Virus record (IMG/VR): IMGVR_UViG_3300031773_001380
Length of the DNA stretch: 64,000 bases
Source of the DNA: an uncultured virus (IMG/VR IMGVR_UViG_3300031773_001380)
Lineage: Duplodnaviria; Heunggongvirae; Uroviricota; Caudoviricetes
Direction: 5' to 3' (one strand)
The notes under the pieces are model-generated. The model had not been told where the DNA came from, ran no database searches, and saw only the letters and a program-made list of their open reading frames with translations. The first letter of the stretch is position 1. Every line of letters begins with the position of its first letter. This document shows, piece by piece, positions 38,343 to 48,452 of this stretch. Made by a program: the position numbers and the translations under genes.

Positions 38343-38542
38343 TGTAACTTCACTCCTCTTCTAGTAAGCTCATTTATAAATTTTGTACGATGCTTCCTTT
38401 TTCCTTTATTGATGCCATCGATAATTTCTTCTGTTGATGTTGCTTTGAGATAAAAATGTTTCCACCTCCACCTAGACGTTGCTCGTCCTGTTGTTTTATG
38501 TTTGATATATTCTTTCACTGATGGTTTAAACTTTGGTGGCAT
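38291..38542 (-). CDS. small basic hypothetical protein
   Basis: MPPKFKPS start with AGGAG RBS. Confidence 0.55.
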   Translation of the reverse strand: MPPKFKPSVKEYIKHKTTGRATSRWRWKHFYLKATSTEEIIDGINKGKRKHRTKFINELTRRGVKLQWKTEEELEEASTQQPG

Positions 38543-38558
38543 TCTATCTCTCCTATTT

Positions 38559-39086
38559 TTATTTATTAATAATATTCTCCTTGCATTCGTTAAAGGTAAT
38601 ATCAAACATACTAAATTTTAATAATACTCTTTCTTTCGAATGTGCTGGCACTCCATGTCTTTTTTGTGTATCTATTAATGCACAATTATAATTTATTAAA
38701 CCTATATCTTCAAATTCTATAGGTCCTGAATCTTCTGTCAATACAATATTTACTGCTGATAATGTTCCTGTGTCTGCGTGCATTGGAACAGCAGTATTTG
38801 CTTCTTGTTTGTAGAATCTAGGCCTGATATCATGACTGTTAAAAAGCTCTCTTAATTGAACTTTAAGTTTGCTTATTTCGGATTGTTCTTCTAGATCAAC
38901 TCTTACATGGCCTAATAACCAGGTGGGTGGATTGTGAAACCAATGACCTTCAGGTATTTTACTGACACCTTGTTGTTCAGGACCCAAGTCATTAAATGGG
39001 TGAAAATTCACATACTCCATTTCACTAATTAATTTATCTTTATCGTAAGTTAAATTAATATCATATATATAATCACTTTTTTCCAT
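38559..39086 (-). CDS. double-stranded beta-helix (2OG-Fe(II)/cupin-like) protein
   Basis: PMHAD...HGV...R.LLK. Confidence 0.55.
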   Translation of the reverse strand: MEKSDYIYDINLTYDKDKLISEMEYVNFHPFNDLGPEQQGVSKIPEGHWFHNPPTWLLGHVRVDLEEQSEISKLKVQLRELFNSHDIRPRFYKQEANTAVPMHADTGTLSAVNIVLTEDSGPIEFEDIGLINYNCALIDTQKRHGVPAHSKERVLLKFSMFDITFNECKENIINK

Positions 39087-39486
39087 TCTTTAGTTTTTCA
39101 ATCTCACTTCCATTCTTTTCTATATTGGCATCTTGCATAGCATCAACTAATTTTTGTGCCTTCTCTTGTGCTGTGTCCCTGTGTAAGTCTGGATCAACAA
39201 TTTTTTCTAACTTCAAAAACTCTATTCTAGTATTTGGGACATACCTCCATGTATAACCATCATCTCCATATATTCCAAAAACTGTTTCTGATAATCCTAT
39301 TTTTACGATCATTGCAGTACTACCATCTAGTAGCACTTTATCACCTTCTTGGAAGGCGGGATTAATTTTAAACTTTACACCTTTAACAAATGCTCCAGTC
39401 CAATCTTTGATTGCAAGTCCTACCATCAGGGTAAGTAAAAATCCTATAAACTCTATATAGAAATCTGATAACACTATCTCGGGCAT
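39073..39486 (-). CDS. MscS-like mechanosensitive channel domain protein
   Basis: GLAIKD...FQEGDKV...IVKIGL...VPN. Confidence 0.7.
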   Translation of the reverse strand: MPEIVLSDFYIEFIGFLLTLMVGLAIKDWTGAFVKGVKFKINPAFQEGDKVLLDGSTAMIVKIGLSETVFGIYGDDGYTWRYVPNTRIEFLKLEKIVDPDLHRDTAQEKAQKLVDAMQDANIEKNGSEIEKLKNGKK

Positions 39487-39839
39487 TACTTCTTATCCTG
39501 GCCTGTGCTTGTACTGTTTACATATAGTCCAAACCAAGCTGCTCCAGCTCCTACAATAACACTAACTAAAGCAGACTGTTCTGCTATAGGTGCTGGTAAA
39601 TTCATAAACCAAGTTACAACCTTAAATAACAAGTAGATATACATGCTAATAAATGCACGAGGAAATAACCTCCATCTACTAAAATATTCAGGAGCAATCC
39701 ATATCCAACCTCTATCGTCAGGTGCACTCCACCAGGGTTTAGCTGAATCTGCTTCTGGTTCGTCGCTAGGTATTTGTGCTTTTAATTCTTCGTATTCGTC
39801 TAAACTAATTTCTACGAAATTTTCTCTTTTGTCTGGCAT
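39486..39839 (-). CDS. two-helix membrane protein
   Basis: WRLFPR...EQSALVSVIVGAGAAWFGLY; follows a late promoter. Confidence 0.6.
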   Translation of the reverse strand: MPDKRENFVEISLDEYEELKAQIPSDEPEADSAKPWWSAPDDRGWIWIAPEYFSRWRLFPRAFISMYIYLLFKVVTWFMNLPAPIAEQSALVSVIVGAGAAWFGLYVNSTSTGQDKK

Positions 39840-39864
39840 AATATTCTCCTATTATATAATAGTA

Positions 39865-39872
39865 TATTTATA
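39865..39872 (-). promoter_or_regulatory. T4-type late promoter TATAAATA
   Basis: Exact box containing the upstream stop codon. Confidence 0.7.
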
Positions 39873-40413
39873 TAGATAAGAAAACAATATCATCATCTTT
39901 ATCGGATAAAAAGAAATCTAGTAGTTTTTCAGCTTTGGTTAAATAATTTTCCTCGTTTAAACGCCCAGGGTCACAAACAAATGTGTTATATTTTTGTCCC
40001 CAGAATCTTTGTTGGCCCTGATGTGCTGACTTAATAAGAAGATAAGCCTGAATTCCTTCATCCAAAGAATATTGTTCTGTAGGGTAACCCATATGTAAAT
40101 GAGCATCTCCTGTAGTCATCCAACCAACTTTGTTCCAAGATCTTCTTAATTTCGTCTGTTTGGCAACAATTCTATAAGGTAATTTAACATCAATTTCTAT
40201 TGCTTCATCTATCTTTAGAAATCCACTAGAACCTCTATTATGATTAAAGAAAATAAAATCATAGTCGTCATCTATAAATTTTATAATCTCTGGTGAATTT
40301 AATTGTTCCCTTGTTGGAATTGTTAGATCGCAATGCTGTTTTAATAATTCACCAAACACTTTGCCAAATTTTGTGTTTCCACCACACAATAAACCTTTCA
40401 GATTATTCTCCAT
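39868..40413 (-). CDS. divergent short-chain dehydrogenase-like protein
   Basis: GGNTKFG glycine-rich loop; YLLIK (YxxxK); DPG. Confidence 0.5.
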   Translation of the reverse strand: MENNLKGLLCGGNTKFGKVFGELLKQHCDLTIPTREQLNSPEIIKFIDDDYDFIFFNHNRGSSGFLKIDEAIEIDVKLPYRIVAKQTKLRRSWNKVGWMTTGDAHLHMGYPTEQYSLDEGIQAYLLIKSAHQGQQRFWGQKYNTFVCDPGRLNEENYLTKAEKLLDFFLSDKDDDIVFLSI

Positions 40414-41789
40414 TAAAACTTAAAGTCAGAGAACTTGTCTTCTTCTTTTCCTCTGTCAAATACAGGTATATCAATACCAGAGTCTGTTAAATTCTGCTGT
40501 GCTGAAGCATCTAAATCATATAATTTCATTTTAGCTCTATCAACACCTATCATAAATCTTTTATTTCTTGTAGGATCAGCATATCTGTTTTTCAACTGTT
40601 TAATCATAAACTGCCCTAACTGTTCTAATTCCTCTGTACTAATAATAGCAAACATTAAGTCTGCTGTAGCAGGCAAACCAAAACTTTCTGAGGTGTCTGT
40701 TAAATCTACATCACTACTATTATAACCACCTCTTGTTGTTTGTGTAGCACTAAAAATAGGAACATCTTGTTCTACTGCCAACCCTCTAAGTTCTTCTGCA
40801 ATACTCTTGATAACTGTATAAGAGTTAGCACTACTACCTGGCCTAAACCTAGAACTTGTACATATATTCAAATAATCTATGAATATAATATCTGGAAAGA
40901 AACTTCTTTTAAGTTTCAATTCATTTATCAATGCCTTAAAGTGTCCTGCATGTGCAGATGCTGTAGGATATTCTTTAACAATTAACCTACCTTCTATCTT
41001 ATCATTAATTTTCTTTACCCTATCTTCAAACATAGGTTTAGATAAGTCTTTTAAATCCATAATAGGAATATTCATTAAGTTAGCATCCACTCTTTCTGCT
41101 ATTCTTTCTTCTGACATTTCTAGGGTAATATATAACACATTTTGACCCTTAGCGATGCAAGCAGACGCCATATGACACATAAACAGGGATTTACCTACAC
41201 CAGTACCCGCTAATGCTATGTTTAGCGTCTTATTACTTAAACCACCCTCTGTTATTTTATTAAACATGTCTAAGTCAAACGAAACCTTCTCTTCTAGCCT
41301 ATGATAGAAGTCATATCGTTTATCAGCATCTTCAATAAAGTCATGACCTACATTAGTATCAAAACCTACACTCAATGCCTCAGATAAAATACTTGGTAAA
41401 GCATCTGTAGACACATCTTTCTTTTTGCCATCTATAATTTGGATACTTTCCATAACACCCAAATACAATGCTTTATCTTTACAGAACTTTTCTGTTTCGT
41501 CTACTAACCAATTCTTATCTACTTCATCGCCATTTAATGTATTAATAACTTCCATACATTTAGCATGACTATCTTCATTTAAAGTTTTGTCTTCATTTAT
41601 TGCTAACAGGATTGCCTGTTTACTAGGTGGGTTATTATATTTTTCTACAAAATCATAGATAACTTTAAAGACGGCTTTGTCTTCAAATGTCATAAAGTAA
41701 TCAGGCTTTAGGAAAGGAATTACTTTCCTTACATAGTCATCATCTTTAATCAGATTCTCTAATATTACTTGCTCTATTCTGTTCTTCAT
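40413..41789 (-). CDS. gp41: replicative DNA helicase
   Basis: AGTGVGKS, ITLEM, IDYLNIC and KQLKNRY. Confidence 0.95.
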   Translation of the reverse strand: MKNRIEQVILENLIKDDDYVRKVIPFLKPDYFMTFEDKAVFKVIYDFVEKYNNPPSKQAILLAINEDKTLNEDSHAKCMEVINTLNGDEVDKNWLVDETEKFCKDKALYLGVMESIQIIDGKKKDVSTDALPSILSEALSVGFDTNVGHDFIEDADKRYDFYHRLEEKVSFDLDMFNKITEGGLSNKTLNIALAGTGVGKSLFMCHMASACIAKGQNVLYITLEMSEERIAERVDANLMNIPIMDLKDLSKPMFEDRVKKINDKIEGRLIVKEYPTASAHAGHFKALINELKLKRSFFPDIIFIDYLNICTSSRFRPGSSANSYTVIKSIAEELRGLAVEQDVPIFSATQTTRGGYNSSDVDLTDTSESFGLPATADLMFAIISTEELEQLGQFMIKQLKNRYADPTRNKRFMIGVDRAKMKLYDLDASAQQNLTDSGIDIPVFDRGKEEDKFSDFKF

Positions 41790-41937
41790 CTATATATTCT
41801 TTAAAAACTTCTTTGACACATTCTTCGCAAATGTATATTTCTTGTTCCTCTGAGTGGAAACAATACGCTTTATCTTTTTTTAGGTTTAGAGATACCTCAC
41901 ACCTATCACACTTTGTCGTATTCTTCTTGAATATCAT
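41746..41937 (-). CDS. small Cys-rich protein
   Basis: CDRC...CEEC. Confidence 0.55.
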   Translation of the reverse strand: MIFKKNTTKCDRCEVSLNLKKDKAYCFHSEEQEIYICEECVKEVFKEYIDEEQNRASNIRESD

Positions 41938-42982
41938 CGTCTGATACTTCTTCCCCTACCATTTCTACTGATCCTATGGTATATCTTTTTTGTATCCAAT
42001 CAGTAAATGTTTTGTCTTGTAAAATTGGTAACCAAAATTCTTTGGTTTGTGTATCTTTTAATCTAACTTTCGCCTCAGGTATTATCTCTCCTGTTGCAGG
42101 ATTTTGTTTCTGATACCAACCATTACTAGGTTTAATAACATGTCCAGATTCCAATGCCATTTCTAACAAACCAGACCATTTATGTATTCCTTTTTCCCAT
42201 GATACTTCAATAGGAATTTTAGAATTCTCTCTAACAAACCTAGACTTTTCAACTTTAATTACAAATTCATAACCTGTAACTTCTGTTCCTGTCTTTTGTT
42301 GCCTTCTACCAATAATGTAAATATTATCTGCAGAATAATAAATGCCTGTGCCACCACTAACCACATCTTTAGGAAATAATCCTATCTCTTTATATGTGTG
42401 ATTAACTACAATAGCAGGAATGTCTTTAATTGTTAAGTGAGGAGTAATCATCCTAAACAAGGATTTCATTTGTTTAGCTCTTGTCATGTCTGCTACACTC
42501 TTGCCATCAAGAGCATCTTCAACTTCTTTTTTACTTGCCAAGTTACCTACACTATCAACAATAATCATAACATGATCACCTCTTTCCAAACCATTCAATT
42601 GTTGCATGGAATCATGTTTTAATTGTTCTACATCTGTGATAGGTGTATGCACTACTCTGTTTGTGTCAATTTCAAATGTTTCAAAATAAGACTGTGGAGC
42701 GCCAAACTCACTATCATAAAATAAAATAACACCATCATCATACTTGTCTAAATAAGACTTTGCCAACAACATAGCAAACGCTGTTTTAAAGTGTTTACTA
42801 GGTCCTGCAAATACAGTAAGTCCTGGTGTAAGTCCACCATCTAATCTTCCACTCAATGCAACATTAACTGCTGGAACTGAGGTTTGTACTAGATCTTTAG
42901 AATTAAAAAACTTAGAGTCAGTTATAATATCTGTTTCTCTGATTGTGGAATTCTTTTTAATCCTGTCTATTAGATTTGCCAT
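41906..42982 (-). CDS. uvsX: RecA-like recombinase
   Basis: GPSKHFKT, YDSEFG, DSVGNLASKKE and SGGTG. Confidence 0.95.
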   Translation of the reverse strand: MANLIDRIKKNSTIRETDIITDSKFFNSKDLVQTSVPAVNVALSGRLDGGLTPGLTVFAGPSKHFKTAFAMLLAKSYLDKYDDGVILFYDSEFGAPQSYFETFEIDTNRVVHTPITDVEQLKHDSMQQLNGLERGDHVMIIVDSVGNLASKKEVEDALDGKSVADMTRAKQMKSLFRMITPHLTIKDIPAIVVNHTYKEIGLFPKDVVSGGTGIYYSADNIYIIGRRQQKTGTEVTGYEFVIKVEKSRFVRENSKIPIEVSWEKGIHKWSGLLEMALESGHVIKPSNGWYQKQNPATGEIIPEAKVRLKDTQTKEFWLPILQDKTFTDWIQKRYTIGSVEMVGEEVSDDDIQEEYDKV

Positions 42983-43793
42983 CTTTTCTCCTAATTTTAT
43001 TAGCTGCTATTGCAGTTTTCATAATACTATCGCTACTATAGCACAGACTTGAACTGTGTGTCAAGTCTTTTGGTAAACAAGTTCCACCAAAACCAACTTT
43101 TCCATCAGGTCCTGGAACTTGCCAATGTGTGCCTAATGTTTTATCTTGCATAAAGAAATCTTTAACGTCTCTATAATCTAAATCATATACATCACAAATT
43201 TCTTTAAATTCATTTGCCAACCCTGCATTAACTGCTAGTGCAGCATTTCTAAATATCTTAATTGCTGATGCCTCACCTGGGTTAACAACCCATACTTTTT
43301 TATTTAATATTCTATCCCTTGTATCTTTTATCCATAATAAGAACTCTTGATGACTATCAACATATGCGCCTACAACGGTAGGAATTTTTATATCTAATAC
43401 ATCTTCTTGCCAATGCTCTTCTCTTAAAAACTCTGGCATAATAATTGCACCATATTTTCTAGTAAGAGATAATGCTTGATCTGGACCTACTGTGCTTCTT
43501 ATTACAGGTGTTAACCAATTGGGCAACATACTTAAAACATCTTCTACTATACTGATATCTAATTTACTAGGCCAAACTGCTGATCCTGTTTTTTCTTTTT
43601 CTGGATCAACCCAAAGATTTGTAGGAACACATATAAAGGCATAATCAATACCTGTCCAATCTTCTATTTTATATCTATATGCAGGGTCATGAATTTGTAC
43701 ATCAGTTCCTTCATAGTATGAATCTACTAAAAGATGTGTAGCCTTACCTACGAATCCGTATCCGATAATAGCAATTTGTTTATTTCGTCCCAT
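42957..43793 (-). CDS. UDP-glucose/GDP-mannose dehydrogenase-like, lacking C-terminal domain
   Basis: GYGFVG, CVPT, RSTV, PEFLRE and GFGGTCLPKD. Confidence 0.8.
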   Translation of the reverse strand: MGRNKQIAIIGYGFVGKATHLLVDSYYEGTDVQIHDPAYRYKIEDWTGIDYAFICVPTNLWVDPEKEKTGSAVWPSKLDISIVEDVLSMLPNWLTPVIRSTVGPDQALSLTRKYGAIIMPEFLREEHWQEDVLDIKIPTVVGAYVDSHQEFLLWIKDTRDRILNKKVWVVNPGEASAIKIFRNAALAVNAGLANEFKEICDVYDLDYRDVKDFFMQDKTLGTHWQVPGPDGKVGFGGTCLPKDLTHSSSLCYSSDSIMKTAIAANKIRRKDGKSNRQD

Positions 43794-43841
43794 TGTGTTT
43801 TTATTTCCGCCTGTTGATCTTTAAGTTGCTTCTTTTGAAAC

Positions 43842-44039
43842 TTAACCTTGTGCGCCTCTAATTCTTGATTCAAGAGTTTCTCTTGCCTTTTCTTTCTTCT
43901 CATTCCAGTTCTTTTCATTCCTTTCTTTTCCTTTTATAAGTTTAGGTGTGAAATTACTTTTAATAAGACGTTCTAACGCTCTTTCACGTCTTGCCTTCCT
44001 TCCACCGGTGGCGGAATATTTTCTATTTTTTCCGTGCAT
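43842..44039 (-). CDS. small basic hypothetical protein
   Basis: GGAG RBS before MHGKNRK. Confidence 0.5.
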   Translation of the reverse strand: MHGKNRKYSATGGRKARRERALERLIKSNFTPKLIKGKERNEKNWNEKKEKARETLESRIRGAQG

Positions 44040-44145
44040 TGTCTCTCCAAAAATTATTTTCAAATGCCATATCAATACCCCAATACATGGCACAATTAAT
44101 TAAAATACATACTCCAAATATTGCCCAACCTGCTAAAATATCCAT
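44023..44145 (-). CDS. 40-aa membrane peptide, not in ORF track
   Basis: MDILAGWAIFGVCILINCAMYWG...; AGGAG RBS; TAATG coupling. Confidence 0.55.
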   Translation of the reverse strand: MDILAGWAIFGVCILINCAMYWGIDMAFENNFWRDNARKK

Positions 44146-44474
44146 TATGTTTCTCCTATAATGCCATCATAACCTTTGAATCTATAATAAACAGTAATCT
44201 CCTCTCCTGCCTTTATAGGCTTAACTGCATATAAAGTTCTATCACCATCTTCTGTAGTAATAAAACAGTTGGGATCATTACTATGATTTATAAACCCTCC
44301 TAAGGGTGTCCTTATCCATTCATGTCTATCTCTACTATGTACCAAGACATGTGTTTCTCCAAATACTGTTCCAGCATCAAAAGCTTTTGATGCGTGTAAT
44401 CCTAGTCCGTCAATTTTACTAGATTTTATTGTAAGCCCTTCTGGTAGGGGCCTATAAGTGTCCATAAATTCCAT
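44145..44474 (-). CDS. SET-domain protein
   Basis: GLGLHA, GFINHSNDPNC and GEEITVYY. Confidence 0.85.
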   Translation of the reverse strand: MEFMDTYRPLPEGLTIKSSKIDGLGLHASKAFDAGTVFGETHVLVHSRDRHEWIRTPLGGFINHSNDPNCFITTEDGDRTLYAVKPIKAGEEITVYYRFKGYDGIIGET

Positions 44475-44481
44475 CCTGTAA

Positions 44482-44631
44482 TTATACCATCTCCTCGATG
44501 ATACCAAATAATTCTGCTGCTATTAACAACCCTCCTGCCATTACATAGTCTCCAAATATGAGTACTACACCTGCTAAAATTCTTAGTGCGCTTTTAAGAA
44601 TACTAAATCCAAAATGTCCGTCTATCTTCAT
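44482..44631 (-). CDS. small membrane protein
   Basis: HFGFSILKSALRI...AELFGIIEE; ATGA-coupled to gp43. Confidence 0.6.
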   Translation of the reverse strand: MKIDGHFGFSILKSALRILAGVVLIFGDYVMAGGLLIAAELFGIIEEMV

Positions 44632-47126
44632 GCGAATAAATCCTCCAATGTTGCTTGTGGTTCTGTATGCCAACCAATAGGTTTCAAAATGTTGTCCAAC
44701 GGATCTACAAATGCCTTCTGCCATATTGTATCATAGTCAACATACTTTTCTAAATCAAATTCCGTTGGTAACTTACCAGCAAATGCAATAGTATTTTCAC
44801 CTATAACATTTGGCTCTTTTAAATAAACAAATTTAATCTTATCTCCTTCTTGTATTCTTTCATACTTTAATTTAAGATCAAGTTTATCTATATAATAATT
44901 ATATAACAAACCACCTCTAACATGTATAGGTGTTCCTTTAGAATAAATATCTGCATTACTCTTATACTTTGCCATATTATTACACCCTCGAGGAAATGCT
45001 ATTTCTTCTACCCTCTTATCATTAAACTCTTGTCTAGTGTTCTCTATAAACGAATGTAAGGTCTCCTCATCACTTGTTAATATTAACCTAACTGCTTCCC
45101 TTAACGACTCTCTAATAGGTCCAGGTGTACTGCTTCTTACAATTTCTAAACCCATGACTTTAAGTTTAGGTTTTGTAAGTCTTAATCCTTCGTCATCAAA
45201 TACATTTAAGGCATATCGTTTTTTAGCAACAAACACACCTTTGTCTGCTATAATTTCTCTCTTAAAGTCTAACTTATTAGCAAACGCGTTAGTATAGTTA
45301 GCAAGTTTTGTCATTGCCTGTTCAATTGCCGGTTCTATTTTTTCCGTTGCAATCTTATCAAGTAGATCAATTGTTTTATCTTTGCCTTTGTCTGGGAAGA
45401 AGTTGTCAACCATATCCTTCAATGTAACATAACAAGAATCAGTATCAGAATAAAAAGAATAAGTTTTATCTTCTGTGCCACAGACTTTGTTAACATAATT
45501 ATCTATTGCCTTTGCTGTATCTCGAATAACTAATTGCCCTGTCATTGTAATACCTTCAGCAATCCTATCATCATAGAATCTAAAGTATTGGTTAGCGAGG
45601 GCACCATATAAACTGTTTAATTGAATCTTTCTTGCCATTTGGAAGTTATTATATTTACTAACTTCATTCTCATAAACTTTGGCTCCTGTCTCTTGGAACT
45701 TCCGTTGTGATTCCTGCATTAGTTTTTTATACTTCAATCTATCATTAAAAAACTTCTGAACTATCTCAGGAAACAAACCTTGTTTATCTCTCTTGTAGCA
45801 AGTGCCATTAGCTGCCATGGCATAATTCTTTTCCTTTAACTTGTCTAATTTATATCTCTCCAACAAGTCATCAACCTTAACATCATATGTATAATCATTA
45901 ATGATTGTTTCAGGACTCATATTATACTGCATAAGTATAGAAGGATACAGACTTGTAGCATCAAAACTAGCCACCCAATCATAACCACCTGGTACAGGCT
46001 CTTGAACATATGCTCCTTCAATTTGTCTTTCTTTCCTGCCACCGCCTTGGTGTAAGACAATTTTCTTCTCCCATAAGTGGTTATATAATAAACTATCCCA
46101 AGTTCTAACTGCTGAAAATACATCATTATAATTACACTTAGCATCGTATGCCATTGTAATAGCCAGTTCAATAAGTTTCATTTTGTCTTCCAACTCATCA
46201 ACAAGAACTGTATCAATAATATTATATTCTACAAACCTATTCCAGTCACCATCATAAAACTCTTTAAATGTATCAAAACCAGACTCTAGTTTTTTATGTC
46301 CTAGTTCTGTTTGTGCAATAAAGTCTAGTTTATAACTCTCTCTTGTAACATAAGTAAACTTCTTATATAAGTCTAAATAATCTAATTGTGCAACACCTAC
46401 AATTTCATAAGCAGTCATTTCCCTTTGTTGGAATCTAATGTTACGTCTTTGAACAATGCCAAAAGGAGAAAACCTTTTGTGTTCGTCTTTTCCTAGGATT
46501 GCTTCTGTCCTTGCTAACAAATAAGGAATATCAAATAACTGACTGTTCCAACCAGTAATAATATCAGGACAATTATCCCTCCACCATCCTTGGAAACTTA
46601 CAAGCAGTTCTGTTTCATCTTTACAATTAACATATTCTATATCTAAATGTTTTGTATCTTCTCCTGGAGTAAACTCCCCTACACCCCATGTTGTTATTTT
46701 CTTGGTGTTGTTGTCTTGAATAGTAATAACTAACAGTTGTTCTGTAGGGGAGTCTACATTTGGAAATCCACCCTCTGATGTTGTTTCAATATCAATTGAG
46801 TAGACTCTTATGTGTTTAGCATCCCAATTTATTTCACTAGGATATTTCTCGGTAATAAATTGATAGCCATAATAGTTTTGGCCATATATTGGAAAATTAG
46901 ATACATCTTTATATCTATCAAAAAAGGCAGTTGCCTCTTTATTAGTTTCAAATTGGATAGGCGACACAGGGTCACCATAAATTGATTTGTAGTCTGATGG
47001 TTTGTCTGATTTTACAAATAGGGTTGGTCTGAAATCTTGCTTTCTAGTTACCCTGCCACCATGTTCATCTACACCACGGTAAAGTATCTTATCGCCGTAA
47101 TGTCTCGCATAAGTATAAAATTTCAT
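44628..47126 (-). CDS. gp43: family B DNA polymerase
   Basis: DIET exonuclease; FDATSLYPS, KIQLNSLYG, YSDTDS and KKRY. Confidence 0.97.
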   Translation of the reverse strand: MKFYTYARHYGDKILYRGVDEHGGRVTRKQDFRPTLFVKSDKPSDYKSIYGDPVSPIQFETNKEATAFFDRYKDVSNFPIYGQNYYGYQFITEKYPSEINWDAKHIRVYSIDIETTSEGGFPNVDSPTEQLLVITIQDNNTKKITTWGVGEFTPGEDTKHLDIEYVNCKDETELLVSFQGWWRDNCPDIITGWNSQLFDIPYLLARTEAILGKDEHKRFSPFGIVQRRNIRFQQREMTAYEIVGVAQLDYLDLYKKFTYVTRESYKLDFIAQTELGHKKLESGFDTFKEFYDGDWNRFVEYNIIDTVLVDELEDKMKLIELAITMAYDAKCNYNDVFSAVRTWDSLLYNHLWEKKIVLHQGGGRKERQIEGAYVQEPVPGGYDWVASFDATSLYPSILMQYNMSPETIINDYTYDVKVDDLLERYKLDKLKEKNYAMAANGTCYKRDKQGLFPEIVQKFFNDRLKYKKLMQESQRKFQETGAKVYENEVSKYNNFQMARKIQLNSLYGALANQYFRFYDDRIAEGITMTGQLVIRDTAKAIDNYVNKVCGTEDKTYSFYSDTDSCYVTLKDMVDNFFPDKGKDKTIDLLDKIATEKIEPAIEQAMTKLANYTNAFANKLDFKREIIADKGVFVAKKRYALNVFDDEGLRLTKPKLKVMGLEIVRSSTPGPIRESLREAVRLILTSDEETLHSFIENTRQEFNDKRVEEIAFPRGCNNMAKYKSNADIYSKGTPIHVRGGLLYNYYIDKLDLKLKYERIQEGDKIKFVYLKEPNVIGENTIAFAGKLPTEFDLEKYVDYDTIWQKAFVDPLDNILKPIGWHTEPQATLEDLFA

Positions 47127-47152
47127 AACAACACCTTAAACATAATATACAC

Positions 47153-47181
47153 ATTATAAGGCCTTAGGAACCTAGAGTCAA
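47153..47181 (-). promoter_or_regulatory. sigma70-type promoter for gp43
   Basis: TTGACT-17 bp-TATAAT, with GGTTC in the spacer. Confidence 0.75.
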
Positions 47182-47583
47182 TTATAATTCTTTTACTTTG
47201 GTCCTATTGCGCAAGTGGCCTTCTGCTATTTCTGATTTACTTGCACCATGATATGAGACTGCATGATGTTTTAATATCATAAGCTCATTTATGTTTGTTC
47301 TATCTTCTAGACTAAGAAATTCACCGAGGATTCTTCCGTATTTACCTTTACCGTCTTTATGTGTTTTAAGTATGGCTCCATCTTTAAGTTGTTCTGTAAT
47401 GTATGCTTTTGCCATAAGTCCATACTTCTTTTCTTCGAGGTCACGGGTTCTACTTTCTGGTGTGTCAATTCCGTATAATCTAATTCTTTGTTTCTTTAGC
47501 CAAACACCGAAGCCTAGGTCGATATCAACATCGACTGTATCTCCGTCTACTATTTTGACTACATTAATTCTATATTCATACAT
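47182..47583 (-). CDS. thermonuclease (SNase) family nuclease
   Basis: VDGDT, RLYGIDTPE and GKYGRIL. Confidence 0.9.
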   Translation of the reverse strand: MYEYRINVVKIVDGDTVDVDIDLGFGVWLKKQRIRLYGIDTPESRTRDLEEKKYGLMAKAYITEQLKDGAILKTHKDGKGKYGRILGEFLSLEDRTNINELMILKHHAVSYHGASKSEIAEGHLRNRTKVKEL

Positions 47584-47925
47584 TTATTTTCCTTTAATTG
47601 TTTCGTTTAAGACTTTTTTATTTATAAGATCAGGCTGTATGATACCTGAACCATATCTTTTATTATACTCGTTCTTCAATTGAATTTCTGGTTCGTATAA
47701 TGAAACAACATGGGAAGGGAATATAGGAACTTTATGTTCCTTTGCAAAGGGGGCATAAGGAGCAAGTCCCACGCCAAACTCTGTTTCAGAATCTCCCTTA
47801 GGTTGCATGAAGATAATTGCAGGTTTTGACATTATTATAAACTGTTGTGTATCTATCTCAGCCTCTGAAATGTCTGCTATTATTTCTTCCCCTGTGGTTA
47901 ATTTTACTATCTGAACGTTTGACAT
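47584..47925 (-). CDS. conserved T4-like phage protein (Sm-like fold)
   Basis: IVKLTTGEEIIA...YNKRYGSGII. Confidence 0.65.
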   Translation of the reverse strand: MSNVQIVKLTTGEEIIADISEAEIDTQQFIIMSKPAIIFMQPKGDSETEFGVGLAPYAPFAKEHKVPIFPSHVVSLYEPEIQLKNEYNKRYGSGIIQPDLINKKVLNETIKGK

Positions 47926-47943
47926 GCTCCTTATCTCCTATAA

Positions 47944-48396
47944 TTATTTAATTTCTATCACTTGTGGTTTCTGGGATTCTGGAATAACATTTACTAACGC
48001 TATTGATAAAATACCATCAACATATACTGCAGAACTAACTTCAATAGTATCTGCAAGGTTCCAAGCTCTTTTAAAGTTTCTGCCACCTATACCTTTATGT
48101 ATATAGTCATCATCTTCCTTTTCAGCTTGTGAGCCTTCTACGATTAAAAGCGCATTTTTATTATCTGCTTCTTTTCGTATTGTTATCTCATCTTTCTTAA
48201 AACCTGATACGGCAAGTTCAATAAGATAATTTTCTTCGTCCACCTTTTTAACATTGTATGGAGGATAAGAACTTTGGACACCAGGATTAGATGCTGTGAT
48301 AGCATCGAATACTTTGTTGAATCCAATAAATTCTCTCTCTATTTGTGGAAATGTTCGGACAAAATTGTCCCAGTTTGTTGTGTTTACTCTAACCAT
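47944..48396 (-). CDS. hsp20: small heat-shock protein (IbpA-like)
   Basis: IGF, YPPYNV, IELAVSGF, YIHKGI and DGIL. Confidence 0.9.
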   Translation of the reverse strand: MVRVNTTNWDNFVRTFPQIEREFIGFNKVFDAITASNPGVQSSYPPYNVKKVDEENYLIELAVSGFKKDEITIRKEADNKNALLIVEGSQAEKEDDDYIHKGIGGRNFKRAWNLADTIEVSSAVYVDGILSIALVNVIPESQKPQVIEIK

Positions 48397-48402
48397 TTTT
48401 TT

Positions 48403-48452
48403 CTCCTTTATTAAGCGAGTTATTAAACTGCAGACCCATAATTGGCATCTGC
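48403..48452 (-). promoter_or_regulatory. ROSE-like RNA thermometer in hsp20 leader
   Basis: CUCGCUU-AAUA-AAGGAG hairpin (bulged G opposite SD) plus upstream GCAGA/UCUGC hairpin. Confidence 0.65.

Noticed and set aside
18971..47126. Introns or inteins in nrdA, nrdB, gp41, uvsX or gp43
   Set aside because: All are uninterrupted and of normal length
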